Source: Bdellovibrionota bacterium (GTDB lineage: Bacteria > Bdellovibrionota > UBA2394). Taken from it: a stretch of DNA of 40,663 nucleotides. Positions 40,270 through 40,663 of the stretch are shown one piece after another (position 1 is the stretch's first letter; each line of letters opens with the position of its first letter). The stretch spans positions 1 to 40,663 of the forward strand of contig JBILFF010000003.1 in assembly GCA_044351695.1 (NCBI GenBank). Direction: 5' to 3'. The position numbers were made by a program, and so were the translations under genes. The notes beneath the pieces are model-generated. The model had not been told where the DNA came from. It saw nothing but the letters and a program-made list of their open reading frames with translations, and did no database searches.

Positions 40270-40516
40270 GCGAGAACGGTCAAATGCCTCTAGAGTTTCA
40301 GAGTTCGCTCATTATCGGTTAAAGAGGTTTTGAAAGCTTGTACTTTGTTTTAATTTTCGACCTACAGCTTTCTGAGTTCTTTGGGTCATTCGAAGAATTT
40401 CTGGATCCGCCAAAGTATAGTGCGTCTCTCGATCTTTGGAGGGAGTATGTAAAAGCTCTCTTTATGCAGATAAGACGGTATCTTTATCATCTTGAGTTAC
40501 CCGTGTCAGATCAGTG

Positions 40517-40663
40517 CTAACTCACGCGTGTGGGGCGGCGAGCTACGATCATCACGTTGGAGTAGAATCTTTCGGTAGGATCTAGGGTGTCCAGTAACCA
40601 TCCTAAGAGATTCACTAGGGCTGACAGAACGATCCAAACTGGAAGTAGGAGCTTTCTAAGATT
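40517..40663 (-). CDS. C-terminus of a gene entering from the right edge, possibly a class I SAM-dependent methyltransferase
   Basis: Manual translation NLRKLLLPVWIVLSALVNLLGWLLDTLDPTERFYSNVMIVARRPTRVS*; tail resembles polysaccharide-locus methyltransferases. Confidence 0.5.
   Translation of the reverse strand, partial: NLRKLLLPVWIVLSALVNLLGWLLDTLDPTERFYSNVMIVARRPTRVS

Overview
Gene-dense chromosomal window from a diderm bacterium. The gene mix (PilZ, PhaR-like regulator, membrane-arm-only nuo operon, large TPR membrane protein, Hanks kinase, orphan secreted proteins) suggests Bdellovibrionota or a related deltaproteobacterial lineage (inference). Housekeeping content: chaC, icmF, coaBC, dksA, nuoA-H-J-K-L-M-N, serS, a CDF exporter, long-form ispG and tRNA-Phe(GAA). 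After the tRNA comes a decayed island edge (integrase, IS91-like and PLD/cardiolipin synthase remnants) followed by surface-polysaccharide genes (GT4, AsnB-like amidotransferase, partial methyltransferase). Best candidate for an undescribed system: a translationally coupled five-gene operon at 1226-5886 (His-box desaturase, LysE exporter, periplasmic binding protein, orphan histidine kinase, atypical SDR) with make-export-sense logic. Other notable items: a Ser/Thr kinase with an apparently dead zinc-metalloprotease sensor domain, Thr motifs shared between that kinase and the TPR protein, an archaeal-type CoaBC, and a tandem pair of four-cysteine secreted proteins. All family assignments come from reading motifs by eye; no searches were run.
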